A DNA stretch of 64,000 nt from IMG/VR virus record IMGVR_UViG_3300044796_000401; one strand, given 5' to 3'. The translations under genes were made by a program, and so were the position numbers. Of the stretch, positions 54,052 to 63,354 are shown piece after piece. Position 1 is the stretch's first letter, and the number at the start of each line of letters is the position of its first letter. Source of the DNA: a virus (lineage: Duplodnaviria; Caudoviricetes). The notes under the pieces were generated by a model that saw nothing but the letters and a program-made list of their open reading frames with translations, ran no database searches and was not told the origin of the DNA.

Positions 54052-54381
54052 TTGCGAACGAACGCTGGGACAAAGAAATGGAGCCGTTCCTTGAGGAAAA
54101 CCAGTCGAAAGCCAAGAAGTAAGTATCCGACCGTCCGCGCTGGCTGCCGCCACTGGTTCGGAATCGTGCCCACCGACAAGCGGATCGATAAATATGCGCA
54201 AGCGCATTGCATCCTCAAGGAGGATATTCCCGAGGACATCTTCGACACCATGGACCGGGACTTGTTCATCAATATCATCGTGGAGGATGCGCTTGGCAAG
54301 GGGTATAATCGGCCCATGAATTGCGACTCCGACGAGTACAAGAACAAGTTCTATCCGCTGTTCTACCAAGTCGCGCCGTAG
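54052..54381 (+). CDS. Hypothetical protein, probably truncated by the IS-derived element
   Basis: Stop at element left junction; a frame RKAIKKGIKVTAAARR resumes after the right end. Confidence 0.5.
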   Translation: MRTNAGTKKWSRSLRKTSRKPRSKYPTVRAGCRHWFGIVPTDKRIDKYAQAHCILKEDIPEDIFDTMDRDLFINIIVEDALGKGYNRPMNCDSDEYKNKFYPLFYQVAP

Positions 54382-54648
54382 AGCCCCTGCCTTCAGGCAT
54401 GGGGATATAAGGCGCGTTATACAGCTTAAAGATATTTATTGACAAACAGAAAGCGAAGGCGTACACTTTCATTGAAGGTTTGAGAATCCTAGCCGAGGGA
54501 CGCTCGGTATCAGCCTGTGGAGGCACAGTAAGTCTTGAGCGCGAGCCCAAGCATGTGCCTGTGAAGCAGGAAACATCGTTGGAGACGTGCGGCAATGCCG
54601 CATAGTAACTCCAAAGAATCCCCCGCCTTTAGGCGTGGGGAGTCTCAA
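54381..54648 (+). mobile_element. Miniature IS200/IS605 derivative retaining tnpB 3' end (omegaRNA scaffold) and a promoter
   Basis: Left hairpin CCCCTGCC-TTCA-GGCATGGGG; TTGACA-N17-TACACT (54439-54467); ILAEGRSVSACGG..VKQE tail; right hairpin CCCCGCC-TTTA-GGCGTGGGG then AGTCTCAA. Confidence 0.8.
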
Positions 54649-54701
54649 AGGAAGGCAATCAAGAAGGGCATCAAGGTCACGGCTGCCGCCCGGAGGATCG
54701 C

Positions 54702-54917
54702 ATGTACGACGAACTGATAGCCACAGCCCCGAGCGGGGAAATCGCCATGAGGCTGGTCAAGGCGCTCAGGGAGGTGTTCGGCATCAAGGTCACCGCGAGC
54801 GGCACGCTTGTCACCTCGGCGGGCACGAGCGTGAAAATTTTCGGGGATGTCACTCCCATCTTCCTTCCCATCGTGAAAGCCTACACCAAGGGATTCCTCG
54901 AAGGAGCCAGCAAATAA
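54702..54917 (+). CDS. Hypothetical protein
   Basis: GGAGG RBS. Confidence 0.65.
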   Translation: MYDELIATAPSGEIAMRLVKALREVFGIKVTASGTLVTSAGTSVKIFGDVTPIFLPIVKAYTKGFLEGASK

Positions 54918-54920
54918 GCC

Positions 54921-55412
54921 ATGGCTGAAACGCAGAAATCCGTCCATGAATGGTGCAAGACGACCTTTTCCCGGTTTGCGGGATTGCAGGGGCGGGCGAC
55001 CGCCTTGTTGGAAGAAGCTGTTGAATTGGCGTTGACTGCTGGACTGAGCAGTGAAACCATTTACGCCACTGCGAGGGTGCCGATCCTCAAGGAAGCCGCC
55101 AGAGCCAAGAGTGGTTGGCCCACGATTCAATGCCGCAAATGCGCCGCCTTTTTCTGGGTTCCGGACGGATGCGCCTGCGGCGAGCACAAGCCGTTCAATT
55201 CGATGACTGGAAAAAACGGGGACGCGGAGGAGATCGCGGATGTCATGATCTGCGTCTACGCCTGCGCCGAGGAGGCGGGGTACGATGCCCGCAAGGAACT
55301 GGACGAAAAAATGGCATTGAACCGCAGCCGCCCGGCGGAGTATTATGCCGAGAAGACGGCACGCAAGGAAGAGTTGGGCTACGTCCTTCCGGAGAGCGGG
55401 GTGCCGCGATGA
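54921..55412 (+). CDS. MazG-like nucleotide pyrophosphohydrolase with Zn-ribbon insert
   Basis: EW...TF, LLEEAVEL, EEIADV.I, KM..NRSR; CRKC...CACG insert. Confidence 0.7.
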   Translation: MAETQKSVHEWCKTTFSRFAGLQGRATALLEEAVELALTAGLSSETIYATARVPILKEAARAKSGWPTIQCRKCAAFFWVPDGCACGEHKPFNSMTGKNGDAEEIADVMICVYACAEEAGYDARKELDEKMALNRSRPAEYYAEKTARKEELGYVLPESGVPR

Positions 55413-55804
55413 GCAAAACGGTTCCGCCGCTGCGGACGCGGCTGTGGGAATTGGCGCGGTACATGCGAATGGAATTGCACACGGCGAGTCTCATCACGGA
55501 CGAGGAATACGCCGAACTGGCCCAGGACCACGACGCCGTGCGCCGACTGGAGGAATGGGATGCCATCCGGGCGGCGGAAAAATCCCCGGAAGACGGGAAT
55601 AGCGCGGCAACCGCGATCCCGCAGCAGGTCATCGCCGACGAGATTCTGCGAAGGATCGCAATGCGCTACAAGCATTGCGATGCGAACATCTATCCTGCGT
55701 TTCCGGGATTGACGGCGGTCGAAGCGGAATTGACGGTGGTCGAAGCGGTTTTGCGCTGCGCAGCCAAGGAAGGATTCTGGCTGACAAACATGCCGAGGTG
55801 ACCG

Positions 55805-56014
55805 ATGGCGAAAAACATGGACCTTGAAAAGCTGCGGGAATCCGCCCGCAAGCTTATCATGCTGATCGACACGAAGAACGACTGGGTGGGCCTGATGCCG
55901 GGGCAAATGGCATTCCACGACCTCCTGAACGGCATACGCTGGGAGATCGACGGCGAGGAGAGCGAAGTTCTTCGCACGACGGGGTGCTTGGAAAAGTACC
56001 TGAGGAGAGGATAA
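55805..56014 (+). CDS. Hypothetical protein
   Basis: GAGG RBS. Confidence 0.6.
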   Translation: MAKNMDLEKLRESARKLIMLIDTKNDWVGLMPGQMAFHDLLNGIRWEIDGEESEVLRTTGCLEKYLRRG

Positions 56015-56287
56015 ATGCGGCCGATCAAGAAGACCTTGCCTTGCGGGGTGGTGCTGCGGCAGATGCCCTCCCCCGAAGACGAGAATTTCGACAGGGATTA
56101 CGTCCAGTTCCACATCGAACCCACGGGGCCGGAGATCAGCAACAATTTCGTCCGCGCCTACAACGGGGACGAAAAACCCAATAAGGACTTCGCCCCCTAC
56201 AAAAGGCAGGCGGATATCATCGTCGCCCGCAGGAACCTGCGGGCGTTGCGGGCCTTGATCGACCGATTGATCAGGCAAAAAGTCTAA
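56015..56287 (+). CDS. Hypothetical protein
   Basis: GAGG RBS, abuts upstream stop. Confidence 0.6.
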   Translation: MRPIKKTLPCGVVLRQMPSPEDENFDRDYVQFHIEPTGPEISNNFVRAYNGDEKPNKDFAPYKRQADIIVARRNLRALRALIDRLIRQKV

Positions 56288-56296
56288 GGGGGCAAA

Positions 56297-56890
56297 GTGG
56301 GCATATTGGTTCCGATGGTGGTCGAGCAGACCAGCCGCGGCGAACGCGCCTACGACATCTATTCCCGCCTGCTGAAGGACCACATCATCTTCCTCGCGGC
56401 GGAAATCGACGACGACGTTGCCAACCTCGTGATCGCGCAGATGCTCTTCCTCGAAGCGGAAGACCCGAACCGCAGCATATCCCTCTACATCAACTCGCCG
56501 GGCGGCAGCGTCACGTCGGGGCTGGCGATCTACGACACCATGCAGTTCGTCAAGCCGAGCATCGAGACGATATGCATCGGGCAGGCGGCGAGCATGGCGG
56601 CGGTGCTGCTGGCGGGCGGCGCTCCGGGGAAGCGGCTCACCCTGCCGCACGTCCGGATCATGATCCACCAGCCGATGCTGTTCGGGCTGAGCGGACAGGC
56701 GACGGACATCGAAATCCACGCCAAGGACATCCTGCGCATAAAGAGGCGCTTGAACGAGATCATGTCGAAGCACACCGGGCAGCCGCTCGAAAAGCTGGAG
56801 AAGGACGCCGACCGGGACTTCATCATGGGCGCGGAGGAAGCGAAGGAATACGGGATCGTGGACACCATCGTCGGGAAGAAGGGCAGCTAG
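56297..56890 (+). CDS. clpP: ATP-dependent Clp protease proteolytic subunit
   Basis: [66 protein letters not shown]. Confidence 0.96.
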   Translation: MGILVPMVVEQTSRGERAYDIYSRLLKDHIIFLAAEIDDDVANLVIAQMLFLEAEDPNRSISLYINSPGGSVTSGLAIYDTMQFVKPSIETICIGQAASMAAVLLAGGAPGKRLTLPHVRIMIHQPMLFGLSGQATDIEIHAKDILRIKRRLNEIMSKHTGQPLEKLEKDADRDFIMGAEEAKEYGIVDTIVGKKGS

Positions 56891-56927
56891 CCGATTCCTC
56901 CCCGGTCGCTGTATACTAGGAGTGCGT

Positions 56928-57125
56928 ATGATTCTCAAGTGCCAATGCTGCGGGTTCGAGCGGGAGTTCGCCGACGCCGAGGAGGCGTTCGAGGCGGGCT
57001 GGGACGCCCCGCCGCATTTTTTCTATGTTTGCTGCGATTGCTGCCCCGCTTCTTATCTGATACTGGGCACGGATCACAGCGAGGTTCACGAACGGTGGAA
57101 GAGGGATGGGAGACCAACGCCATAA
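56928..57125 (+). CDS. Small Cys-rich protein
   Basis: AGGAG RBS after TAGCCG-N18-TATACT promoter; CQCC, CCDCC. Confidence 0.6.
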   Translation: MILKCQCCGFEREFADAEEAFEAGWDAPPHFFYVCCDCCPASYLILGTDHSEVHERWKRDGRPTP

Positions 57126-57173
57126 ATACCACTAACAAATGAATTAGGATACTTTCAACTCCCTAAATGGGGG

Positions 57174-57791
57174 TTGAAAATGACTTTAGAACAGAGAAGG
57201 ATTAACGCGGAAAAAGCTCTAAAGCTGTACCATGATAGGCGCTTGTCGGGAATTTGTGTGGCGTGCGGGAAGCGACCACCAATCCAAGGGGTGCTAAGAT
57301 GTGCTAGCTGCCGTAAGATACGAAAAGCCATCTCGCAAAAACAAAAGGAAAACAGACCGGAGGGGAGTTGTAGGCAATGTTTAACTCGCCCGGCAGTACC
57401 CGGATTGACTAGTTGCCAAAAATGCCGTGAACGTGGCTGTAAGAAAATGAACAATCTAACCCGTGAAACTAGACTCAAAGTTCTTGTTTTATATGGGGGA
57501 AAATGCCAGTGTCCCGGCTGTACGGTTTCAAACTTCAAATACCTGCAATTGGATCACAAAAACAACGATGGCGGTATAGAACGAAAAGCGTTGCCGCCAT
57601 CGATTCGGGGAACCAAGTTTTTTAAGCTAGTGTTGAGCCAAGAAAAGCGAAATGATTTGCAATTACTGTGTGCAAACTGCCATAATACTAAGAGGTATGG
57701 TGGTTGCACCGAGGAAGATCATGCCGGGACAAGAACGAATCCGCTACCCGAGAACCCCGCATCTGATGTGGAGCCCCGGAGCCACGTCTGA
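57174..57791 (+). CDS. HNH homing endonuclease
   Basis: Repeated C..CG..P modules; YGGKCQCPGC...LQLDHKNNDGG...LQLLCANCH..K; AT-rich. Confidence 0.85.
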   Translation: MKMTLEQRRINAEKALKLYHDRRLSGICVACGKRPPIQGVLRCASCRKIRKAISQKQKENRPEGSCRQCLTRPAVPGLTSCQKCRERGCKKMNNLTRETRLKVLVLYGGKCQCPGCTVSNFKYLQLDHKNNDGGIERKALPPSIRGTKFFKLVLSQEKRNDLQLLCANCHNTKRYGGCTEEDHAGTRTNPLPENPASDVEPRSHV

Positions 57792-58383
57792 TGACCGCGT
57801 GCTGAAAACGACCGCTTCGTGGGAGGGAACGGAGGTCGTCATCACGGAAAAAATGGATGGCAGTCAGTGCACGTTATACTGTGACGGCCTGCATGGACGG
57901 TCGTTGGAGTTGGATTCGCATTGGCAATGGGACAAGCTCAAGGCGATGCATGCCGCTATGTCCCACGAAATACCCGTGGGCTGGCGCATATGCTTGGAGA
58001 ATATGACAGCCGTCCATTCCATTGAATATGACAACCTGCCTTCGCTATTTTTAGTTTTTTCCACTTGGGACCGAGACAATATTTGCCTTGGCTGGGTAGA
58101 AACAACCGAATGGTGCGCGTTACTGGACTTAACGCCTGTTCCGGTGCTTTACCAAGGACTGTATACCGATGATGCTTGCAAAGCGCTCTGTGATTCGCTG
58201 GACACAAATCACCAAGAGGGGTTGGTTGTACGCCCTGCAAACCGTTTTCACTTTGACCGATTCAGCGTTCTGACTGGAAAGTGGGTCAGAAAAAACCATG
58301 TGCGGACTTCTGACCATTGGAAAGAACAGCCACCACGGTACAACCGGACCCGGCATATCGAATTCAACGAGGTGCAAGAATGA
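57721..58383 (+). CDS. RNA ligase (Rnl2-like adenylyltransferase domain)
   Basis: RYPRTPHL.WSPG..SDD, ITEKMDG, FSTWD, EGLVVR, GKWVR..HV. Confidence 0.87.
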   Translation: MPGQERIRYPRTPHLMWSPGATSDDRVLKTTASWEGTEVVITEKMDGSQCTLYCDGLHGRSLELDSHWQWDKLKAMHAAMSHEIPVGWRICLENMTAVHSIEYDNLPSLFLVFSTWDRDNICLGWVETTEWCALLDLTPVPVLYQGLYTDDACKALCDSLDTNHQEGLVVRPANRFHFDRFSVLTGKWVRKNHVRTSDHWKEQPPRYNRTRHIEFNEVQE

Positions 58384-58640
58384 TCCGTATCATTGTCATA
58401 TCCGTCGGTATCCTCAGCCTAGCCTATGTTTTCGGCAGCGCTGTTTTCGTCTACCGCTGGTTCCGCCTGTACGGGAAACTGGTGGACAAGCCGTGGGGAG
58501 AAGCCATAGCTCGGGAAGACTGGGACGAAAGCTACTACTGGCATGAAGTGGCCGCGTCCCACCTCAAGGTAAACCCCCTCAACCCGGTGAACTGGGTGCG
58601 CCGCTGGAACTGGGCCCCTAAGCCAAGGAGCGACCGATGA
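58380..58640 (+). CDS. Membrane protein
   Basis: ATGA overlap; N-terminal hydrophobic helix. Confidence 0.6.
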   Translation: MIRIIVISVGILSLAYVFGSAVFVYRWFRLYGKLVDKPWGEAIAREDWDESYYWHEVAASHLKVNPLNPVNWVRRWNWAPKPRSDR

Positions 58641-58891
58641 CCAACTGGGAAAAAGCGAAGTGGGCGTGGAACAACTTCTGCGCGCTGATAGTCTGCGCCG
58701 CCTACGCCTCCGTGGCGGCCGTGGCCCTCGGGGACGCCTGCTGGCGGACCTATCACCATGAATGGCTCCAGTGCGGCAAGGATTTGCTGGTCGTCGTCAT
58801 ATGCCTCGGGGGAGGGGCGCTGACCTGGAAGTTCTACCAATGGACGAACGGGCTGTTCAAGAGATGGATTGACAAGGCCCCCAAGACCTGA
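58637..58891 (+). CDS. Membrane protein
   Basis: Two hydrophobic helices. Confidence 0.6.
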   Translation: MTNWEKAKWAWNNFCALIVCAAYASVAAVALGDACWRTYHHEWLQCGKDLLVVVICLGGGALTWKFYQWTNGLFKRWIDKAPKT

Positions 58892-58903
58892 TACCATGCG
58901 TCC

Positions 58904-59164
58904 ATGAACTACCAGTACGAGCAGCTTGCAAGCCGACTCTCCGTGGTGGGGGACTGCTTCCCGATGGGGGAGCCCGTCCGGTGCAAGTTCTGCCGCAAGG
59001 TCTACGACCTGACCATCGTCCGGATCGTTGGCGACTACGGCGTCCACGGCGTCACCACCCGCAACATCGCCTTCGAGACCCCGTGCTGCCGCCAGATAGC
59101 GAGCAGCGGGGCGCACTGCGACTTCACGCGTCTGACCAAGGGCAACTCGATCTTCGCACGCTAA
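58904..59164 (+). CDS. Zn-ribbon protein
   Basis: CKFC...TPCC. Confidence 0.6.
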   Translation: MNYQYEQLASRLSVVGDCFPMGEPVRCKFCRKVYDLTIVRIVGDYGVHGVTTRNIAFETPCCRQIASSGAHCDFTRLTKGNSIFAR

Positions 59165-59756
59165 TCTGTCGGAGGACTGCCCCCGCCTGCTATGTATTGC
59201 ATGCCGTACCGGTCAATCAAATCCGCCAGAACGCAATTCAGGGATGCCCGCCTGCCCACCGTTTCGTCGATCAAAAACGATTTCATGGCATCTTTTCCCC
59301 GTTGGCTGGAAATCACCGAGATACACATAAACGAGCAGTTGTAGGTAAGGCGGGTTTCGGTCGGGGGGCTGTCCGAAGGCACGGTGATCAAGCAAGAGAT
59401 CGCAGCCGCACGGTCCTTAATCCTGACGAACGAGGGCGAATTCCTTGTAGGGTATCCGGCCGAGGCGTATGGGTTTTTTGTCGGGACCGTTGGACACGTA
59501 GAGTTCGCCCGTGTCCGTGCAAAGCATGAGTTGGGAGGGAACCGAATTCACGATTCCTTTTTTCAAGTTCTTTTTCAGTCCCCGGTACGGTTTCAAGTAG
59601 CCGATAAGATGTGCCATAGATTCACCTCTGATTCCTCCTAATATTCGCAGCCGAAGCCGTTCCGTCCCCGCTCGGCGGGAACGCCGAGGCACCAGCCAAC
59701 GCTAGCCGGATATCGGCGGCGATTGGTCTGCGGCGATTTCCGCTTGGCAGTAGGCG

Positions 59757-60266
59757 ATGGCGCAGGTTAGCTGGCAGAACTGCGACGGAATTCCCACCAG
59801 ATTCAACTGGGTGTTGTCCCCGGAGCGCGTCGTATTGTACCCGATTACCCACTTGATGTCCGGGCGGTCGGTGACGCCGTTTGTCACCGTTTCCACCGTG
59901 GGACTCGATGGGTACGGAGAACCCGTCCCGGTGCAGGACAATGCCTTGCTCGGCTTCGGGGCTGCGGACCTGAACAGGGCCATCGACCTCATCCTCAGCA
60001 CCAAGCACGACAGGGAAAAGAACATCGTCACGGATGTCGATCTTGCGGGCCTCGGGTTCAAGCCCGAGATTTACGACGAATGCAGCATCCGCATACGGCT
60101 GGAGTACTCCGACTTTTCCGATGATGAATGGAAAGCCGGAAGATCGGCCTCCCTTGCCCGGCTCCTGGCTTCCGAACGCATCTTCGTCACCCCGGATTTC
60201 CTCCAGTTCGAGGCCCCGGCGAGGGAGAACATGCGCCGGGAACTCAACGATTTGACCCTGAAATAA
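59757..60266 (+). CDS. Hypothetical protein
   Basis: 169-aa ORF, phage-like codon usage. Confidence 0.65.
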   Translation: MAQVSWQNCDGIPTRFNWVLSPERVVLYPITHLMSGRSVTPFVTVSTVGLDGYGEPVPVQDNALLGFGAADLNRAIDLILSTKHDREKNIVTDVDLAGLGFKPEIYDECSIRIRLEYSDFSDDEWKAGRSASLARLLASERIFVTPDFLQFEAPARENMRRELNDLTLK

Positions 60267-60370
60267 GCCATTTCCACCCCCCGATCCCGACAGTGCGGAG
60301 CGAATCGCCTTTGCGATCCCTTAGGAAGAGGCGTCAGTGCCGCTCCATGCCGACCACAGGGACCAAAAGA

Positions 60371-61519
60371 ATGAAGACCGGGACGAAGCAGCAGCTTGAT
60401 CCGAGCCGCCGCAGCACAGAAGCGAAGGACTTCGAAGCCAATCTCCGCAGCAGGATCGTGGGGCAGGATGCCGCGATCGAAAAAATGGTCGAGGTGTACC
60501 AGGTTTTCCTGGCCGGGTTGAATCCCGTGGGACGCCCTGTCGGCAATCTTCTCTTCCTTGGACCCACCGGCTCCGGCAAAACGCGCATCGTCGAATCCAC
60601 CGCGGAAATCCTGTTCGGCGATTCCCACGCCATGATCAAGATCGACTGCGCGGAATTCCAGCACTCCCACGAGATCGCGAAACTCATCGGCTCGCCCCCC
60701 GGCTACCTCGGGCACCGGGAAACCCACCCGCTCATCACGCAGGAGGAACTGAGCAAATACCACACCGACAAGCTGAAGCTCTCCGTCCTGCTTTTCGACG
60801 AGATCGAAAAAGCGTCCGATGCGCTGTGGCAACTGCTCCTCGGCATCTTGGACAAGGCCACGCTCACCCTCGGCGACAACCGCCGCGTCGATCTCAGCCA
60901 ATGCATCATCGTCATGACATCCAACCTCGGCAGCGGCAGCATGATCCAGATTCAGGAGGGCGGCGGGATGGGCTTCACGATTGGCAAGCCCGTCGTGGAC
61001 GAAAAATTCGATACCCGGATCAACGACTCGGCGATCAACGCCGCCCGCAGGAAGTTCACGCCGGAGTTCATGAACCGGATCGACAAGGTTGTCGTCTTCA
61101 ACACGCTCCGCGACGAGCACCTGCGGCAGATTCTCGACATCGAGCTTGGCATATTGCAGCAGCGGGTGCTCGCCGCGCAGGGGAACAACCACTTCGTCTT
61201 CTCCTGCACGCGGGCGGTCAAGGACAAGATTCTGGCCGAGGGCACGGACGTGAAGTACGGTGCCCGCCACCTGAAGCGGGTGATCGAGCGCAGCCTCACC
61301 TTCCCGCTGGCGAACCTCGTGGCGACCGGGCAGATCAAGCTCGGGGACATAGTCAGGATCGACCTGAACGACCAAATGGAGCTTGTGTTCACTAGGGAGG
61401 CCGAGGGGGCGCTGATCCCGATCCTCCTCGAAAAATGCGGATCGCCGACGGGTTCGCAGAATCCGGCCCCGGTAGCGCCGTCGCCCGTCGCGGCGGTAGC
61501 GCCGAGGCGCAAGAAATAG
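60371..61519 (+). CDS. Single-domain ClpA/ClpB-type AAA+ ATPase (AAA_2 plus D2-small)
   Basis: IVGQD.A, LGPTGSGKT, IDCAEFQHSHEIAKLIGSPPGYLG, LFDEIEKA, PEFMNRID, YGARHLKR. Confidence 0.92.
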   Translation: MKTGTKQQLDPSRRSTEAKDFEANLRSRIVGQDAAIEKMVEVYQVFLAGLNPVGRPVGNLLFLGPTGSGKTRIVESTAEILFGDSHAMIKIDCAEFQHSHEIAKLIGSPPGYLGHRETHPLITQEELSKYHTDKLKLSVLLFDEIEKASDALWQLLLGILDKATLTLGDNRRVDLSQCIIVMTSNLGSGSMIQIQEGGGMGFTIGKPVVDEKFDTRINDSAINAARRKFTPEFMNRIDKVVVFNTLRDEHLRQILDIELGILQQRVLAAQGNNHFVFSCTRAVKDKILAEGTDVKYGARHLKRVIERSLTFPLANLVATGQIKLGDIVRIDLNDQMELVFTREAEGALIPILLEKCGSPTGSQNPAPVAPSPVAAVAPRRKK

Positions 61520-61577
61520 AATCCTGAATAGCGGCCCCGTTTTATAGCGTCTACAGGCTCCCTAAGCGGAGGCGGAT

Positions 61578-61913
61578 ATGCGATTCCCATGGTTCGAGAA
61601 AATGCGGCGAATGCCGTTCCGGTTCTACAACGGCGCAAAAACGAGGGCGATTGCAGCTTGGGGCAGCGCCAGCATGATGCCCATCTACGACAAGCTGGGC
61701 GGAAGAAGCTGGATTCTTGTCGGCTTTTTCGCCTTGGCGGCGACGGTATTGGCGTGGTACGGCAAGCTGACGGACTCCTACGCGGCGGTCATCACCGCGC
61801 TTTCCGGCTTCCATATCGGGCGGGCCATAGCCCAAGACTACCACGACCGGAAAATGTCCGAAAACGGGAACGGAAACGGAAACCACTCGGTTTCGCCGCC
61901 AGCCGCAAGCTAA
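61578..61913 (+). CDS. Membrane protein
   Basis: GGAGG RBS, two hydrophobic helices. Confidence 0.6.
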   Translation: MRFPWFEKMRRMPFRFYNGAKTRAIAAWGSASMMPIYDKLGGRSWILVGFFALAATVLAWYGKLTDSYAAVITALSGFHIGRAIAQDYHDRKMSENGNGNGNHSVSPPAAS

Positions 61914-61919
61914 CCGGAC

Positions 61920-62651
61920 ATGGATTCCATAACCTTTTTGACCCCGAATGACCTTTGTTGGCCCCTCGGCGTGCAAGACACGACGCCGCAGTACACCTTC
62001 GGCTCGGGCACCCACCAGCGCAGCCTCAAGGTCGATCCGTATCCCGCCTACCCGCATGATCTGGAGCTTGTGGAAAGAACCCTCGGCCATTGCATGGATG
62101 TCTTCCCCCTCAAGGCTGCCAAGTTCGGGCTGTGGGTGCTGAGCCACGACCTGATCGACAGGATAAACGGGCTCACCTACGAGGATTACGAGTATTACCG
62201 GGAGGACGGCTCCGACTGGGAGGACATGATCCCCCGCTACGACGGCTCCGGCGAGATGCGCAAGTTCTACGGGCAGGCGATCAGCATCGCGCTGGCGGCC
62301 AAGCGCGTTCCTATTCATCCGGCGATGACCCGCTACCTCGTGTCCCACGAATACGGGCACGCCGCCTTCTATGCCGTCGCACGAGCCATGGGCTACAAGG
62401 ACAGCGAGAGGGACAAGCTGGAAGCGAAGTACATGGAGCTTCGGGGAATCGAGGATTACGCCAAGAAATACCGGGGCGGCGACTGGCACCGCAACCCCGG
62501 AGAGATCATCGCCAACGATTTCCGCATATTATTCACAAAGCAAGAAATGGAGTTCTGGCCCCACGACTGTTGTCCGCTTCCGGCATGGTCCCAGCCCGAG
62601 GGGAAGTGGTGGCGGGAAGCGGCTGAGTTGTGCGGGGTGGCACTTAGATGA
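61920..62651 (+). CDS. Zincin-like HExxH protein
   Basis: VSHEYGH, E.IANDF. Confidence 0.7.
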   Translation: MDSITFLTPNDLCWPLGVQDTTPQYTFGSGTHQRSLKVDPYPAYPHDLELVERTLGHCMDVFPLKAAKFGLWVLSHDLIDRINGLTYEDYEYYREDGSDWEDMIPRYDGSGEMRKFYGQAISIALAAKRVPIHPAMTRYLVSHEYGHAAFYAVARAMGYKDSERDKLEAKYMELRGIEDYAKKYRGGDWHRNPGEIIANDFRILFTKQEMEFWPHDCCPLPAWSQPEGKWWREAAELCGVALR

Positions 62652-63337
62652 CATCGGGACGAACATACGAGGTTTTCGTGGACGGCAAGCCTGCGGGGCT
62701 TGTGGGGAGCACCGTGAAGACCTTGGAACAGCGCCGGAAAAACAAGTACCCCAAACGATTCGGTTCCACGGTAGAGCTTCGCCTTATCCGGGAAATCCCT
62801 CGTCCGGAAGGCTATTTGGACTTTGACTACAACTTTTACCTCAAGGCCTGCGAGGCGATGGACATCGCGAGGAAAAAGACCTATGTAGAAGACGGGGGAC
62901 TCAACAGGATATCCCCGTTGATTCAAGCACTAGGACACCCGATGCTTGAAAGAGAAATGGGGCGGATAGGCGGACGTACGGCTGCACGTAAGAATATAGA
63001 AAGCGGACAGGTTGCTAAGATTGCTACCTATGAATCCCGCGCTAAAGGTGGACGTACAGGCAGTCGCAAGCACAACGAGCTTTATGGCAACCCAGCCACT
63101 TCTGAGGGGCGTGCTAAAGCCGGGCGCACAAACATAGAGAGCGGGCAAGTTCTAAAACTTGGATACAAGCAAGGACGCAAAAACGCTGAGAGCGGATATA
63201 TTCAAGCCCTCGGGCACAAGCAGGGATGTAAGAACGCCAAGAATGGGCATCTTGCTCGCATTCGTCATATCCGTTGGCATGTCAACCGGAATCTCAATAA
63301 TCCGAATTGCGAACTGTGCAGAAAACACGAGGGATAA
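62648..63337 (+). CDS. GIY-YIG-like homing endonuclease with repeated GRKNxESG motifs and terminal Zn motif
   Basis: YEVF...LVGST..L.QR, E..DI...T, GGLN; GRKNAESG repeats; RHIRWH...NPNCELC. Confidence 0.7.
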   Translation: MTSGRTYEVFVDGKPAGLVGSTVKTLEQRRKNKYPKRFGSTVELRLIREIPRPEGYLDFDYNFYLKACEAMDIARKKTYVEDGGLNRISPLIQALGHPMLEREMGRIGGRTAARKNIESGQVAKIATYESRAKGGRTGSRKHNELYGNPATSEGRAKAGRTNIESGQVLKLGYKQGRKNAESGYIQALGHKQGCKNAKNGHLARIRHIRWHVNRNLNNPNCELCRKHEG

Positions 63338-63354
63338 AATTTCAAAAACTGCTT

